Source: Armatimonadota bacterium
Lineage (GTDB): Bacteria > Sysuimicrobiota > Sysuimicrobiia > Sysuimicrobiales > Sysuimicrobiaceae
Direction of reading: 5' to 3'
Assembly: GCA_025059775.1 (NCBI GenBank)
Contig: JANXCW010000001.1
Location: forward strand, 65,588 to 129,587
DNA length: 64,000 nucleotides
Part shown: piece by piece, positions 8,703 to 17,531 of the stretch
Layout of the letters: every line of letters begins with the position of its first letter
Position numbering within the stretch: position 1 is the first letter of the stretch
Translations under genes and position numbers: made by a program
The notes under the pieces: generated by a model
What the model saw: the letters and a program-made list of their open reading frames with translations, nothing else
What the model was told of the DNA's origin: nothing
Databases searched by the model: none

Positions 8703-9722
8703 CTAGCCCACCGCGAGGCCTTCCACGCGCTGGGATCCATACCGGGCATCCCACGGGATCTCCAGCCGCTCCCAGTGCAGGCCGAAGTCCTCCGACCGGT
8801 AGACCCCGCGGTTGTTGGCCGCGTAGACCACGCCGGGCCGCCGGGGGTCCGCCAGGAGCGTACTCACCGTGGTCCCCTTCGGGTGCGGGAGGCCCCGCGT
8901 CGCAGGATGCCAGAGGCCGCCTCCAGCCCTGCGGTAGATGAAGGACTCGCCGCCCCGCGCGTGGTGCGCCGCGTACGGACCTGCGGCCGCAGAGACAAGG
9001 ACGGTGTCCGGATCCCCCGGATGCACCGCAACGCTCCACAGGTAACGGTGCCGAAGGCCCTCTTCCGGCCGGACCCAGCCCCCTCCGCGGTCCCGACTCT
9101 CGAAGTACCCGTCCCCCGCAGCCAAGTAGACCCGTCCAGGGGCGCGGGGGTGGAGGAGGACGGTATGGGCGTCGTAGGGCCCACCCGCCACCCGGTCAAG
9201 CCACGTGCGGCCGGCATCCGGGCTCCGCACGAGCGCCCCGGCCTCGATGGCCACGAAGAGGAAGTCAGGCATGTACGGATCCGTCGCGATCCAGCGCACG
9301 TGGTGGGTATGGGGCCTCGGGGGAAAGCTCCAGGTGGCGCAGCTGGGCAGCCCCATGAGGCCCGGGAGCGCCCGCCAGGTCACGCCGCCGTCCTCAGATC
9401 GGAACACCGCACTGGGCTCCGTGCCTGCATAGAGCACACCCGCGTGCGCCGCTAGGGCGGTCACCGACTTCCCCACCACACCCTCTCCCACCCGCGCCCA
9501 GGAGGCTCCCCCGTCCTGACTGCGCCATAGGCCCTCGCCGGAGGTTCCACATACGACCAGCCCGGACCTCGCCGCGTCTGCGGCCACGCACGTAACCCTC
9601 TTGCCCCGCAGGCGCTCTTCGACCCGCCCGCCATCCCCGTGCTCCCGCACGATCAGCACCGTGTCTTCCATCCCCACCACCAGCGTGGCCACCGTCCTCC
9701 CCCCGATTAGCCCGGCAACCAT
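8703..9722 (-). CDS. BNR/Asp-box repeat beta-propeller protein (WD40/YVTN-like)
   Basis: Repeated S.DGG.(S/T)W Asp-boxes and the WSFPPRPHTHHVRWI motif. Start codon uncertain (possibly MEDTV...). Confidence 0.8.
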   Translation of the reverse strand: MVAGLIGGRTVATLVVGMEDTVLIVREHGDGGRVEERLRGKRVTCVAADAARSGLVVCGTSGEGLWRSQDGGASWARVGEGVVGKSVTALAAHAGVLYAGTEPSAVFRSEDGGVTWRALPGLMGLPSCATWSFPPRPHTHHVRWIATDPYMPDFLFVAIEAGALVRSPDAGRTWLDRVAGGPYDAHTVLLHPRAPGRVYLAAGDGYFESRDRGGGWVRPEEGLRHRYLWSVAVHPGDPDTVLVSAAAGPYAAHHARGGESFIYRRAGGGLWHPATRGLPHPKGTTVSTLLADPRRPGVVYAANNRGVYRSEDFGLHWERLEIPWDARYGSQRVEGLAVG

Positions 9723-9731
9723 CCAACGTCC

Positions 9732-10139
9732 TTAGTCGAGCCCCCAGGAGGCCACGTGCGTGGGGGTGAGCTCCACGATCACGGACTCCCCCTCCTCCAA
9801 AGCCGCCTCCTCCGGGTACTGGGGATACTTCTCATACAGCAGCTGGCGGATCCGGCGGAACTCCGGCCCCCGCTCGAGAATCCGGGCCCTCCCCTGGATC
9901 AAGGCCCCCACCAGCCGGCTCCAGTCCTCCGTGTAGAGGTCCACCGCCACCGCGGCGTGTGGGTTCCGGCGCAGGTTGTGGATCTTGCGGGATGCGGCCT
10001 CTGAGGCGAAGTAGATCCGGCCCTGGTGGACCACGTGGCACACGGGCACCACATGCGGCATCCCCTCCGGGTCGGCGGTGGCCACCCGACACACCCGCTC
10101 CCGCTCCAGGAACTGCGCGATCCGCTTGCGCAGACGCAT
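9732..10139 (-). CDS. Pyridoxamine 5'-phosphate oxidase-family (PPOX-class, FMN/F420 split barrel) protein
   Basis: RVATADPEGMPHVVPV...KIHNLRRNP...LYEKYPQY. Confidence 0.85.
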   Translation of the reverse strand: MRLRKRIAQFLERERVCRVATADPEGMPHVVPVCHVVHQGRIYFASEAASRKIHNLRRNPHAAVAVDLYTEDWSRLVGALIQGRARILERGPEFRRIRQLLYEKYPQYPEEAALEEGESVIVELTPTHVASWGLD

Positions 10140-10207
10140 CCCCCACCTCCCTCTCAGGATACGCCATTCAATTCCCTGCAACACGCCCGGGATACATAGG
10201 GCTTGCG

Positions 10208-10858
10208 ATGCGTGCCCGAGAAAGTGCGCTTCTCCTCGTGGTTTCCCTGCTGTTGCTGCACGGGACGGCCACGGCATCCCCGTGTTCGTTCCGACGGATG
10301 CGCATCGCCCCTCAAACGTGGCTCGTACGCTTCGATTTCCGGTGCCACCTCCTCTGGCCCCGGTACTGGCCGGGCGGGGTCACCCTAAGCACCGCCCGGG
10401 CCCGTACCCCCGGGGCTCTCTACGCGACCACGGGCCCCTACCACTGGCGGGGAGAGCCCATCGAGCAGGTGCGGATCGGCTCCCGCATCATCCCGCCGCA
10501 GACCCTACACCCCGATTGGCCGTACCTCGCGTGGCGCGATGGCCGCCTGTGGGCGAACCGGAGGCCGGATCCCCGCGCCGAGTGGGAGCTGCGGGGTGGG
10601 CCGTTGCTCGTGGGGCGGCGCACGATCGGAAGAATCTACGACCGACGGGTGCTTCGGGCCAGGACCCAGCGGCGCGCGGTGCTGTGGGTGGAGGGTGGGA
10701 CCCGGTTCGCGGTGCTGGAGGGGGTGCAGACCCTGGCGGGCGTGCGGGCCGTTATGCACCGGATGGGGTACACGCACGCCTTCCTGCTGGACGGCGGGAG
10801 TAGCACCGCCCGGTGGGCCCGGAACCCCGTGTACCTATTCGTGTTCCCGAGGCGGTGA
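10208..10858 (+). CDS. Secreted phosphodiester glycosidase (NAGPA)-like protein
   Basis: Signal peptide; GGPLL, QRRAV and AFLLDGGSST motifs. Confidence 0.65.
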   Translation: MRARESALLLVVSLLLLHGTATASPCSFRRMRIAPQTWLVRFDFRCHLLWPRYWPGGVTLSTARARTPGALYATTGPYHWRGEPIEQVRIGSRIIPPQTLHPDWPYLAWRDGRLWANRRPDPRAEWELRGGPLLVGRRTIGRIYDRRVLRARTQRRAVLWVEGGTRFAVLEGVQTLAGVRAVMHRMGYTHAFLLDGGSSTARWARNPVYLFVFPRR

Positions 10859-11533
10859 GGCCGCCCGCGCGGCCCGGGCCGCGGCCCGGGCCTGCCGTAG
10901 GGGTTCCGGGGTCCGCCACCTCTCTGTAAGCTGAAGCAGCACCTCCGCCGCGGTCTCGGGGTCCGTGCGCCATGCCGCGTGTGCCACCAGCGGTGCGGTC
11001 CCCGATCGGGTACGCACCCAGTAGGCCACCACCTCCCCTTCGAGCAGGAGCGGGCTCACAGAGCCCCGAACCTGTCGGGGGAGTGCTCCCTGGGCCATCA
11101 TGGGACGCCGGGTCACACCGACCGTGGGAATCCCGAGCCGGAACCCCAGGTGTAGGGCGAGCCCGGCCCGGCGCGGATGATCTCGGCCCGTGGCGTTCAC
11201 CACCAGGAGCTCCGGCCGCTCCGGAAGTGCACAGACCGCGGCTTCCAGCAGCGGCCCTTCCCGCAGGGCTAGGAGCCCGGGCTCGTACGACCAACCCGCC
11301 TTTCCCCGCACGGTGGCCGTCGCCACAAGCCGCCCCCGCTGCATCAACGCCGCCGCGGCCCATCCCAAATCCCCCGCCTGGCCTCGCCCCTCCTGGCCCC
11401 GCGGGAAGCACACGAAGCAGGCGGCCACGGACCGCAGATCTCCGGAAAACCGCCAGGGCTCTGGGTGCAGACGTGCCAGCACCAGCTGTTGTGCCACCAG
11501 CGCCTCCGGTGTTAAGGGCCAGGGATGGGACAT
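10835..11533 (-). CDS. nfi: Endonuclease V homologue lacking catalytic acidic residues
   Basis: YEPGLLALREGP, HPRRAGLA.HLG, IPTVGV and R.PEPLR motifs present; the catalytic Asp, Asp and His positions are substituted. Confidence 0.8.
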   Translation of the reverse strand: MSHPWPLTPEALVAQQLVLARLHPEPWRFSGDLRSVAACFVCFPRGQEGRGQAGDLGWAAAALMQRGRLVATATVRGKAGWSYEPGLLALREGPLLEAAVCALPERPELLVVNATGRDHPRRAGLALHLGFRLGIPTVGVTRRPMMAQGALPRQVRGSVSPLLLEGEVVAYWVRTRSGTAPLVAHAAWRTDPETAAEVLLQLTERWRTPEPLRQARAAARAARAASPPREHE

Positions 11534-12051
11534 CGCCGGTGGATCCACTGTAAGGCGTCTCGGAAGACCTCCTCCCGGTTGGCGGGCGTGAGCGGCAGTT
11601 CCGTGCACCCAGGCCTTCTCCGGATGGCATCCACCAAGGGGTGTGGGGTGGCGAGGGCGGTGGCGACGACGACGGAGGGGCTTCGGATCGCTTCCTCGAG
11701 CGCGGTCCGGAACGCGGCACTTTCCAGCTCCATTTTGCCGATCTCGTCTATCAGCACCACCTTCCCGGCCTTGACGGCCCGGCGGATGGCCACCACCCCC
11801 AACCGATCGAGGACCTCCAGGTCCACCCCGTACCGGCCTACCCGGTGAGGCCGATTGCGCCATCGGACGTGGGCGAAGACCTCGGCCGATCCGTCCAGGG
11901 TCACGAGTCGGAAGCCCACGCGGCCCCCGTGTTCCCGGATCTCCTCCGTGTAGAACCCGTCCACGCGATCCTGCAGCTCCTGGGCAAGGCGACGCAGGAG
12001 GGTGGTCTTCCCGACCCCTGGCCGTCCGGAGATGAGCAGGAGATCTCCCAT
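11512..12051 (-). CDS. NTPase, THEP1/NTPase_1 family
   Basis: GRPGVGKTT, GFYTEEIRE.G.RVGF, VGRYGVD and IDEIGKMEL motifs. Confidence 0.9.
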   Translation of the reverse strand: MGDLLLISGRPGVGKTTLLRRLAQELQDRVDGFYTEEIREHGGRVGFRLVTLDGSAEVFAHVRWRNRPHRVGRYGVDLEVLDRLGVVAIRRAVKAGKVVLIDEIGKMELESAAFRTALEEAIRSPSVVVATALATPHPLVDAIRRRPGCTELPLTPANREEVFRDALQWIHRRCPIPGP

Positions 12052-12080
12052 CCGATTCGTATGGTAGGATGGTGCGGGGA

Positions 12081-12486
12081 ATGCGGCTGTATCTCGTGCA
12101 GCACGGGGAAGCTAAACCCGAATCCGAGGATCCCGCCCGCCCCCTCACGGAGCAAGGCCGGCGGGAGGTGGAGCGGGTGGCGCGGTTTGTGGCGGAACGA
12201 GGTATGGTCCGGGTTCTTCCCCCAGGCCCGGGTGGAAGTCCACCAGGGACTCAACCCCCACGACGACCCCGCCCACTGGGCAAGCCGGATTCGGGAGACC
12301 ACGGAGGACCTCCTCCTGGTCGGTCACCTCCCCCACCTGCGCCGCCTCACCGACCTCCTCCTGTGCGGGGATCTGGAGCGGGGGTTGGTGCGCTTCCGTA
12401 TGGGCGGGGTGGTCTGCCTGGAACGGGAGGCTTCGCAGGGGGTGTGGTCGGTGTCCTGGGTCCTGCCGCCGGAGCTCGTCCCCTGA
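12081..12486 (+). pseudogene. sixA: SixA phosphohistidine phosphatase, frameshifted with an internal deletion
   Basis: MRLYLVQHGEAKPE..DP.RPL in one frame and LLVGHLPHL...FRMGGVVCL in another. The intervening HSGK.RA.QTA segment is absent. Confidence 0.75.
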
Positions 12487-12489
12487 GGC

Positions 12490-12750
12490 CTACCGTTTCC
12501 GGGCGGGGCGGAGGGGGATCCACCGATCTGCCCGCCGCTCCACCATCTCCTCTGCCTCCAGCTCCCGCGGGCGCTCGGAGAGCAGGCGATCATGAAGTCC
12601 CGGTACCGCTTCCAACAGCTCCGTAAACCGACGGGAGCCCTCCATGAGGGTCTGCACGATGGCACCCGTCCACCGCTTGCCGATGAGCTCGATGGCCCGG
12701 TGAAACCGGGGACATACATGGGCTGTGGGCCGATCCCGAACCGTCCGCAC
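12490..12750 (-). pseudogene. HxlR-family winged-helix regulator, C-terminally truncated
   Basis: CPRFHRAIELIGKRWTGAI...RRFTEL...LSERPRELE (Leu replaced by Pro). The usual P.RVEY.LT wing is lost. Confidence 0.65.
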
Positions 12751-12941
12751 CTTTTCCCCTTCCCGAATTCCCTTTCACCCTTCCGGGGCCTCGCCAGGGG
12801 ATCGCCGCTGTGAAGGGTCGGTTCAAGGGTGTGTCGGGCACGGTGCAAAGCACAGAGGACGGCCGCCTGCACCGCATCGAGGCCACCATCGATAAGGGAT
12901 GGGGCAAGGAGGGCCTCTTTGACCGAATCCCAGCGGGCGTC

Positions 12942-14216
12942 TCAGACCACCACGCCTTCCGGCCCCGCCACCGCCACGGCATAGCCGCCGGGGAAACGGC
13001 GCCGGAAAGCTTCCACGATGGCCTCCCGGGTTACGTTCCGGACCAGGTCCGCAAACCGTACCCAGTAGTCGAGTCCCAGACCGTGGAACTCCGTACTGGC
13101 CAGCAGCTGTGCCTTGGCGGGAGCACCGGAGAGGGAGACCTGGAGCCACCCGATCCGGTTCTGAACCGCATCCGCAAGCTCCTGGGCCGTAGGGCCTTCC
13201 TCCCGCATCCGCTCAAACTCCGCCGCCATGGCCTCTACGGCCTCCCGGACCTTTTGGGGCGGGACGCCCGCCACCGCGAACCACGGCCCGCCCCACTTCC
13301 CCGCGGTGAGATGGCTCAGGGCGTAGTACGCGAGTCCCTTCTGCTCCCGTACCACGTCCCCGATGCGCCCCATGAGCCCCATCTCCCCCAAAATGAGGTT
13401 CCCCAGCCGCAGGGGCAAGTAGTCCGGATCCGCTCTCCGAACCCCGGGGACGCCAAGGGCCACGTCCGCCTGCACCTTCCCCTCGATGGGCACCACTTCC
13501 CGGATCACCTCCGCGGGCGGTGCGGGATCGGGAGGCCCCGGTAACGGCTTCACCGGCGCCTGCCAATCTCCAAAGCCGCCGCAGACCAGGTCTACAGCCC
13601 GCTGCGGATCCAGATCCCCAACCACGGCGAAGACCGCGTCCAGCGGCCCGTAGTGCCGGCGCCAGAACGCCACGAGTACCTCTCGCCCCAGTCCGCGCAC
13701 CACCTCCTCCACCCCCTCCGCGGGGAACCTGAAGGGGTGCGGCGGAGGGTAGAGCAGCCGGCAGAGGGTCCACTGGGCCACGGTCCTGGGATCCTTGGCG
13801 AGCAGCCGGAGGGAGGTGACGATCTCGCCCCGCACCCGCTCGATCTCCTCGGAGGGAAACGTGGGGTTCCGCAGGATCTCCGCGCACACCCCCACCAGCC
13901 GCTCCGCATCCTCCGCCAGGGCCCGGGCGGTGAGCTCCGTGGCTTCCCGCCCTGCAGTAACCTGCACGGAGGCACCCATCCCATCCAGCAGCTCCGCGAG
14001 CGCCTCCGCCTCGTAGCATCCGGTCCCCCGCACCAGCAGGGCGGCCACGAACCGCGCCGTGCCCGCTCCCGTTTCCCCGTCCGCCATGGCCCCCGCATGG
14101 GGCAGCAGCACCCGCAGGGAGACCGTGGGCGAAGAGGGATCCCGGAGCGCCAGCACCACGCTGCCATTGGGCAGCCTTTGTCGGAGGACGACTTCAGGCC
14201 GGATGGGGATCTCCAT
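12942..14216 (-). CDS. M16 (pitrilysin) family peptidase, non-catalytic partner subunit
   Basis: RQRLPNG start, no HxxEH motif, and GRIGDVVREQKGLAYY. TGATG-coupled to the upstream gene. Confidence 0.85.
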   Translation of the reverse strand: MEIPIRPEVVLRQRLPNGSVVLALRDPSSPTVSLRVLLPHAGAMADGETGAGTARFVAALLVRGTGCYEAEALAELLDGMGASVQVTAGREATELTARALAEDAERLVGVCAEILRNPTFPSEEIERVRGEIVTSLRLLAKDPRTVAQWTLCRLLYPPPHPFRFPAEGVEEVVRGLGREVLVAFWRRHYGPLDAVFAVVGDLDPQRAVDLVCGGFGDWQAPVKPLPGPPDPAPPAEVIREVVPIEGKVQADVALGVPGVRRADPDYLPLRLGNLILGEMGLMGRIGDVVREQKGLAYYALSHLTAGKWGGPWFAVAGVPPQKVREAVEAMAAEFERMREEGPTAQELADAVQNRIGWLQVSLSGAPAKAQLLASTEFHGLGLDYWVRFADLVRNVTREAIVEAFRRRFPGGYAVAVAGPEGVVV

Positions 14217-15490
14217 CACGCGGCCTCCGGGAGGTACCAGCCTACGGTACGCGTCTTTTTCTGGAGATAGATTTGGGCCACCCGCCGTACCTCCTCCGGT
14301 GTTACCCGCTCCAGTTGTTGGGGGAGATCCGTAAACCACGCGCGGAGCCCCAGCATCTCCACAAATCCCAGCCACAGGGCGCGGCCGGACGCATCGTCCG
14401 TGCCGTACGCCAGCTGGGCCCGCAGCTGCTTGGTGGCTCTGCGCAGCTCCTCCTCCGACACCGTCTCCTCCCGCAACCGGGCGAGCTCTGCCTCCACCGC
14501 GGACTCCAGGACTTCAGGCTTTACCCCGGGCTGGGCGGTGACGGAGACCCACAGCAGCCCGGGATCCAGGGAGGGGGTGATGCGGCTGGTGGCCGCGGCC
14601 GCGAGTCGGGTGCGAACCAGAGCCCGGTACAGCCGCGAGGATCGGCCCATCCCACCCGCCCCGCCCCAGCTGAGGGGCTTTCCTCCCGAAAGCACCGCGT
14701 CCAGCACGAGAAGCGGCACCGTGTCCGGATGCGTGGCCGCAGGGATCCGGTAGGCCATCTGCACCAGGGGCACGGCTCCCCCCGGCCTTTCCACCACCAC
14801 CCGGCGCTCCCCTTCCTGGGGCGGTTCTTCGATCCGAACCTCCGGAGGCCGCTCCCCAGGTTCAAGCCCGCCGAAGGAGGTCTCGATGGTTCGCAAGGCC
14901 TCCTCCGGGGCAACGGCGCCCACCAGGATCACGGTGGCGTTGTTGGGCCGGTAGTAAGTCCGGTAGTGGGCCACCAGCTCCTCCCGGGTGATCCGCTGCA
15001 GGTCTGTTCGCCAGCCGATCACGGGCTGCCGGTAGGGATGCACGGTGAAGGCCAGGGCCGCCACCTCCTCGTGCAGCATACTACTGGGGTCGTTCTCGTA
15101 CATCCCCCGCTCCGAGAGGATCACCGTGCGCTCCCGCTCCACCTCCTCGGGATCGAATACGGTGTTGCACATGCGGTCCACCTCCACCTCCGCAGCCACC
15201 TGCCAGGTGGTATGGGGGAGGGTCTCCAGGTAGACGGTGAAGTCCGAAGTGGTGAACCCGTTCCAGTGGGCGCCCAGGCGAGCGAACAGTCGATCGAGCC
15301 CTCCTCGCCCGAGCCGAGGGGTTCCCTTAAAGAGCATGTGCTCCACCCAGTGGGAGATCCCCGTCTGTCCCGGCCGCTCGTCCCGCGCGCCCACCCGGTA
15401 CCACACCCAGAAGCTCACCACCGGGGCGGAGCGGTCGGACAACATCACCACCCGGAGCCCGTTCGGGAGCGTCGTGCGAACCATCTCCAT
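14216..15490 (-). CDS. M16 family zinc peptidase, catalytic subunit
   Basis: GISHWVEHMLFKGT (HxxEH), NGFT..D.T.Y, ER.VILSER and HPYRQPVIG motifs. Confidence 0.92.
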   Translation of the reverse strand: MEMVRTTLPNGLRVVMLSDRSAPVVSFWVWYRVGARDERPGQTGISHWVEHMLFKGTPRLGRGGLDRLFARLGAHWNGFTTSDFTVYLETLPHTTWQVAAEVEVDRMCNTVFDPEEVERERTVILSERGMYENDPSSMLHEEVAALAFTVHPYRQPVIGWRTDLQRITREELVAHYRTYYRPNNATVILVGAVAPEEALRTIETSFGGLEPGERPPEVRIEEPPQEGERRVVVERPGGAVPLVQMAYRIPAATHPDTVPLLVLDAVLSGGKPLSWGGAGGMGRSSRLYRALVRTRLAAAATSRITPSLDPGLLWVSVTAQPGVKPEVLESAVEAELARLREETVSEEELRRATKQLRAQLAYGTDDASGRALWLGFVEMLGLRAWFTDLPQQLERVTPEEVRRVAQIYLQKKTRTVGWYLPEAA

Positions 15491-15564
15491 CCCGAAGCCC
15501 CTCCCTCGACCCGCGAATTCCCCTCAGGCGCGGAGGCGCCTATAGCGCAGCGGCCAGCGAACCC

Positions 15565-15849
15565 TTACCGGAACAGCCGGACGAACTCCTCCATCGGGAC
15601 CGCGGCCAGGGTCTCGATGCGCACGCTCCCTCGGGAGCTGAGCTCCACGGAGGCCCGCATCACGGTCCCCACATCCGGGGCCTCCACGATGTTCACGAAG
15701 TCATAGGGCCCCAGGACCGCGTACTGCTGGAGCACCCGCACGCCCATGGCTTCCAGCTCCCGGTTGACCTCCTGGATGCGGCCGGGGTTCTGACGGATGG
15801 TCTCCGCCCCGGATTCCGTGAGCCGGCTCAACATGATATACGTAGGCAT
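15565..15849 (-). CDS. GYD domain-containing protein
   Basis: YAVLGPYDFVNIVEAPD...GSVRIETL. Confidence 0.85.
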   Translation of the reverse strand: MPTYIMLSRLTESGAETIRQNPGRIQEVNRELEAMGVRVLQQYAVLGPYDFVNIVEAPDVGTVMRASVELSSRGSVRIETLAAVPMEEFVRLFR

Positions 15850-15955
15850 CGCGCACCCCCTGTCGACCCGGTTCGCAGGGCGCGATCATTATAGGGGAGC
15901 GGGGATGGCGGCGCAAAGCCGGGGGCAAAGTCCGTGGGCATCTGAAGGCGCAGCC

Positions 15956-17068
15956 ATGCGGATAGAGGCCGTGGAGCTCCGGGTGGTGGAGCTCCCGCTG
16001 CGGTTCCCCTTCGAGACGAGCTTCGGCCGTCAGACCGCCAAGCGCTGCATCCTCGTCACCGCCTACGCGGACGGGCTTGCGGGCTGGGGAGAGGTGCCGG
16101 TTTTTGCCGCCCCTCTCTACAACGAGGAGACCGTGGAAACCGCCTGGCACGTGCTGCGTGACTTCCTGATTCCCCTCCTCCAGGAACCCCTCCCGCACCC
16201 GGGGGAGTTTGCCCGCCGGGCGGCCCACGTCCGTCGGCACCACATGGCCAAGGCAGGCCTGGAGGCAGCCCTGTGGGACCTTTACTGCCAGGCGCAGAAC
16301 CTCTCCCTCAAACAGGCCCTGGGCGGAGTGCGGGACCGGATAGAGGTGGGAGTAAGCCTCGGGCTCGAGCCCACGGTCCCCGGCCTTTTGCGCCGCATCG
16401 AGGCCTTCGTGGATCAGGGCTATCGGAGGGTGAAGCTCAAGATCAGGCCCGGGTGGGACGTGGAAGTGGTACAGGCGGTGCGCCGGGCGTTTCCGGAGCT
16501 CCCCCTCCAGGTGGACGCCAACGCCGCGTACACCCTGGAGCAGACACCGATCTTTGAAGCCATGGACGGGCTCGGCCTCCTCATGATCGAACAGCCCCTG
16601 GGCGAGGCCGACCTCCTCGGCCACGCCCATCTGCAGCGCCGGCTGCGCACGCCCCTGTGCCTGGACGAGTCCATCGTGTATCCGCAGGATGCCCACCAAG
16701 CCATCGCGTTGGAGGCCTGTCGGGTGGTGAACATTAAGCCCGTGCGCCTGGGCGGGCTTGATGCCGCCCGAAGGACCCACGACCTCTGCGCGCGGCAGGG
16801 AGTCCCCGTATGGTGCGGCGGCATGCTGGAAACAGGGATCGGCCGGCTTACAAACCTCGCCCTCGCCTCTCTCCCGAACTTCCAGCTGCCCGCGGACCTC
16901 TCCACGAGCGACCGCTACTTCGAGGAGGACCTCATCGATCCGCCCGTGGTGCTCGGTCCCGACGGTACTATAGAGGTCCCTACGGAGGCGGGCGTCGCCC
17001 CCCGCGTGGACCTTCGCCGGGTGGAACGGATCACCCTGCGGAGGGAACGGTTTTCGCCGCGCGGCTAG
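15956..17068 (+). CDS. menC: o-succinylbenzoate synthase / N-acylamino acid racemase (enolase superfamily)
   Basis: FETSFG, KLKIRPG, VDANAAY, IEQPL, LDESI and WCGGMLETGIGR motifs. No other men genes are nearby, so racemase function is equally plausible. Confidence 0.85.
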   Translation: MRIEAVELRVVELPLRFPFETSFGRQTAKRCILVTAYADGLAGWGEVPVFAAPLYNEETVETAWHVLRDFLIPLLQEPLPHPGEFARRAAHVRRHHMAKAGLEAALWDLYCQAQNLSLKQALGGVRDRIEVGVSLGLEPTVPGLLRRIEAFVDQGYRRVKLKIRPGWDVEVVQAVRRAFPELPLQVDANAAYTLEQTPIFEAMDGLGLLMIEQPLGEADLLGHAHLQRRLRTPLCLDESIVYPQDAHQAIALEACRVVNIKPVRLGGLDAARRTHDLCARQGVPVWCGGMLETGIGRLTNLALASLPNFQLPADLSTSDRYFEEDLIDPPVVLGPDGTIEVPTEAGVAPRVDLRRVERITLRRERFSPRG

Positions 17069-17446
17069 CTACTGCACCACCAGGGTGCCCGTCATCCCGG
17101 CTTCCCTGTGCCCGGGCACGCTGCAGTAGAACACGCTGCAGTAGAAGGGGAAGGTTCCCTTGGCGGTGGGCGTAAAGGTCACCTTTCCGGACTGGCCGGG
17201 CTTGAGAAGCCCCATCTTCACCTTGAATTTCTCCAGCACGAAGTCGTGCTCGATGACGCCCTTGTTCTCCATGAGGAGCTCCACGGGCTGGCCGGCTTTC
17301 ACTGGGATCCTGTTGGGGGTGTAGGAGAACTCCTTGGCCTCCACCCTGATCCTCTGCGGGGCCGCGCCCGCATGGAGGGCCGTCCAGACCCCCAACACCG
17401 CACCCAGAATCCCCACCACCCCCAGGGCCGTCACCTTCCGCCACAT
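17069..17446 (-). CDS. Secreted type-1 copper cupredoxin
   Basis: Signal peptide, EHDF, and FYCSV-FYCSVPGHREAGM.G.L.V (His/Cys/His/Met ligands). Confidence 0.85.
   Translation of the reverse strand: MWRKVTALGVVGILGAVLGVWTALHAGAAPQRIRVEAKEFSYTPNRIPVKAGQPVELLMENKGVIEHDFVLEKFKVKMGLLKPGQSGKVTFTPTAKGTFPFYCSVFYCSVPGHREAGMTGTLVVQ
17117..17146. repeat. Perfect 15-bp tandem duplication inside the cupredoxin gene
   Basis: CACGCTGCAGTAGAA occurs at 17117-17131 and 17132-17146. Confidence 0.95.
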
Positions 17447-17531
17447 CTCCTCTCACCTCCCCAGGTGGAGTCTTCCCCGCCACCCTCTGCCACGCATCGG
17501 GCCGAGGCAGGATTTCGCGCCGGATTTTCGC

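Noticed and set aside
12751-12941. Possible eroded gene between hxlR and the M16 peptidase
   Set aside because: The translations show no motif I can assign.
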